40,303 nt of DNA from Polaribacter sp. Lineage in GTDB: Bacteria; Bacteroidota; Bacteroidia; Flavobacteriales; Flavobacteriaceae. Location: positions 1-40,303 of the forward strand of contig JBNMNV010000001.1 in assembly GCA_051278125.1 (NCBI GenBank), in the 5' to 3' direction. Shown piece by piece: positions 38,586 to 40,303 of this stretch. The position numbers were made by a program, and so were the translations under genes. Numbering within the stretch: position 1 is the first letter of the stretch; each line of letters starts with the position of its first letter. The notes beneath the pieces are model-generated. The model worked only from the letters and a program-made list of their open reading frames with translations. It was not told the origin of the DNA and did not search any database.

Positions 38586-40303
38586 ATGAGAACCCCCTAT
38601 TTTATTCTCTTATTCCTCACAACGTTTAGTGCTTCCGCACAATCTTTAAATTCTTTTGGCGAAAATAAAAATGTATTAGAACAATATAACTTAAAACTAG
38701 AAAGGTATATTATTGAAAATAAGCTGGACTCTGCAGCATATTATTTAGATCTAAAGATAGATCAAGGAGGGTATTACGAGTTTTATAGAAATATTATCAG
38801 TAATAAACCCGTTTCATATTCAGAATTTTATTCTTTTATTTCTGGATTAGGAAATAGACACTTCACAAGCTATGATAAAATTTCTAATTTTATCAATCGT
38901 CATGTAGCCGAGCCTACGAATACTAGAAATATAAATTTAGATTATGTAGAAATTAAATGGACTCAAATATCTAAATTAAGAGATGAAGTTAGTTTAGATA
39001 AGGCTTCAGTAGAGCAGCATAAATTAGAGAAATACATCAACAAATTTAGTGCGTCTAATAAGGATGTTATAAGGGCTAAAACAAAGATAAAAACACATCC
39101 TATTGTGATGTATTTAATTCAGAATGATCCAAAAGGAAAAGAACTTTGTTTAGAAGCGTTAGAGACCGCACGAAAGTTAAATGATAAGCAACTAGAAATT
39201 GTTTTTTTATATCATTTATCAGACTTTTTAGTAAAAGAAAGGAAATTAGATGAATATATCGCTATCAGCGAAAAAGGTTTGGAATTACAAGAAGAACTGG
39301 CGGCAACGAGTCCTTATTATCATAGTACCATAGAACATTTAATTGATGCCTATATTTTTAAAGGAGGGCATAATGAAAGAGTTATCAATTTAATTGGTAT
39401 TCTTTTTAATGATCCAGATACAAAAATATTTACCTATTCATTATACATAAAGTTAATTGGTAAGCTACAGAAAGATGAATTTTTAAAAGAGAAAATTTTA
39501 AAAAAGTTTGGTGCGAAAGACATCCCTACCTTCATAGAAAATTTAGAGGTTTTAGCCAAAGATTTAAGTCCAAATGATTTGAATCAATTTTATAAAGTTA
39601 GTTCAAATACATTAGCAACTTACAAATTTTATGATTTAGCACTTCTCTATAAAGACAAAAACATAAATAACACCAAAAAAATTTATTCAGAAGATCTCTC
39701 GAATTCCTTAGCGAATTACAAAATGGAACAAGTTGTTAAAGAGAAGGAAAAAGAAATTATTTTTGAAAAAGAAAAGAAAGATCTTTATGCCATTATAGCT
39801 GTATTGGCTGGGGTATTTTTGTTTTTTTGTTTTATGATTATCCTAAAAATAAAAAGACAATCCAAAGATTTATCGGAAAAAAATAACATGATTCGAAAAA
39901 CTTTAAAGGAAAAAGAAGTTCTAATAACAGAAGTACATCACCGTGTAAAGAATAATTTTCAAATTATATCAAGTTTACTAGAATTACAGTTAGAGGGTAT
40001 AGAAGATGAAAAGGCAATCGATCGTATTAAGCAAGGTAAAGACAGAGTAAAATCGATGGCTTTAATCCATCAAAAATTATTTAGAAATGAAAGTGGTTTA
40101 ATAGATTTTAACGAATATATAGGTTTATTAGTTAAGGAAATATCATTTGTGTACGAATTAAAGATAAAAGTAGCTATAAGGATTGAAGTAGAGCATATTT
40201 TTTTGGATGTAGATACGGCAATTCCGTTAGGTTTAATTATCAATGAAGCAATTACAAACTCATTTAAATACGCTTTTAAAAGTGATAAAAAGAACACTCT
40301 TTT
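38586..40303 (+). CDS. Membrane sensor histidine kinase (HisKA_2 type) with a large helical periplasmic domain; runs off window end
   Basis: ATG 38586 with signal peptide (SASA/Q), TM near 39785-39845, in-frame EVHHRVKNNFQ, MALIHQKL, PLGLIINEAITNSFKYAF. Confidence 0.92.
   Translation, partial: MRTPYFILLFLTTFSASAQSLNSFGENKNVLEQYNLKLERYIIENKLDSAAYYLDLKIDQGGYYEFYRNIISNKPVSYSEFYSFISGLGNRHFTSYDKISNFINRHVAEPTNTRNINLDYVEIKWTQISKLRDEVSLDKASVEQHKLEKYINKFSASNKDVIRAKTKIKTHPIVMYLIQNDPKGKELCLEALETARKLNDKQLEIVFLYHLSDFLVKERKLDEYIAISEKGLELQEELAATSPYYHSTIEHLIDAYIFKGGHNERVINLIGILFNDPDTKIFTYSLYIKLIGKLQKDEFLKEKILKKFGAKDIPTFIENLEVLAKDLSPNDLNQFYKVSSNTLATYKFYDLALLYKDKNINNTKKIYSEDLSNSLANYKMEQVVKEKEKEIIFEKEKKDLYAIIAVLAGVFLFFCFMIILKIKRQSKDLSEKNNMIRKTLKEKEVLITEVHHRVKNNFQIISSLLELQLEGIEDEKAIDRIKQGKDRVKSMALIHQKLFRNESGLIDFNEYIGLLVKEISFVYELKIKVAIRIEVEHIFLDVDTAIPLGLIINEAITNSFKYAFKSDKKNTL

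Noticed and set aside
17439-40297. Other short overlapping ORFs (17439, 21052, 22560, 23320, 25155, 25783, 26267, 27499, 27525, 28113, 28474, 28792, 30429, 32340, 34594, 38195, 40070)
   Set aside because: They overlap well-supported genes on the opposite strand; 40070 is antisense to the histidine kinase

Overview
AT-rich chromosome segment from a Flavobacteriaceae member (Polaribacter/Tenacibaculum-like, inferred from TAnnTTTG promoters, a T9SS cargo protein and Gln-after-signal-peptide proteins). The housekeeping backbone is sucAB, tRNA-Asn, glpQ, a CLC channel, aspS, rsmI, Sua5, an M16 peptidase pair and rplU-rpmA. An accessory islet of about 12 kb with no visible integrase follows tRNA-Asn. 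Its core, and the best candidate for an undescribed system, is a five-gene cell-envelope cluster (7173-15347): an Ig-like lipoprotein, a 1698-aa exported multidomain protein (helical region, Ig-like, three beta-rich repeats, TPR-like, FecR, Ig-like, helical) with no sigma factor or TM anchor, a 2-TM protein and two paralogous PsbP/DcrB-like exported proteins. Other signals not in the ORF track: a 41-bp-periodic triple palindrome before a Fic gene whose active-site motif carries a G-to-R change, an ECF sigma/mini anti-sigma/tandem SusC-plug cassette, two families of dispersed structured repeats, and three pseudogenes (IPT/TIG, PAS sensor, HopJ). All family calls come from reading motifs by eye; no searches were run.
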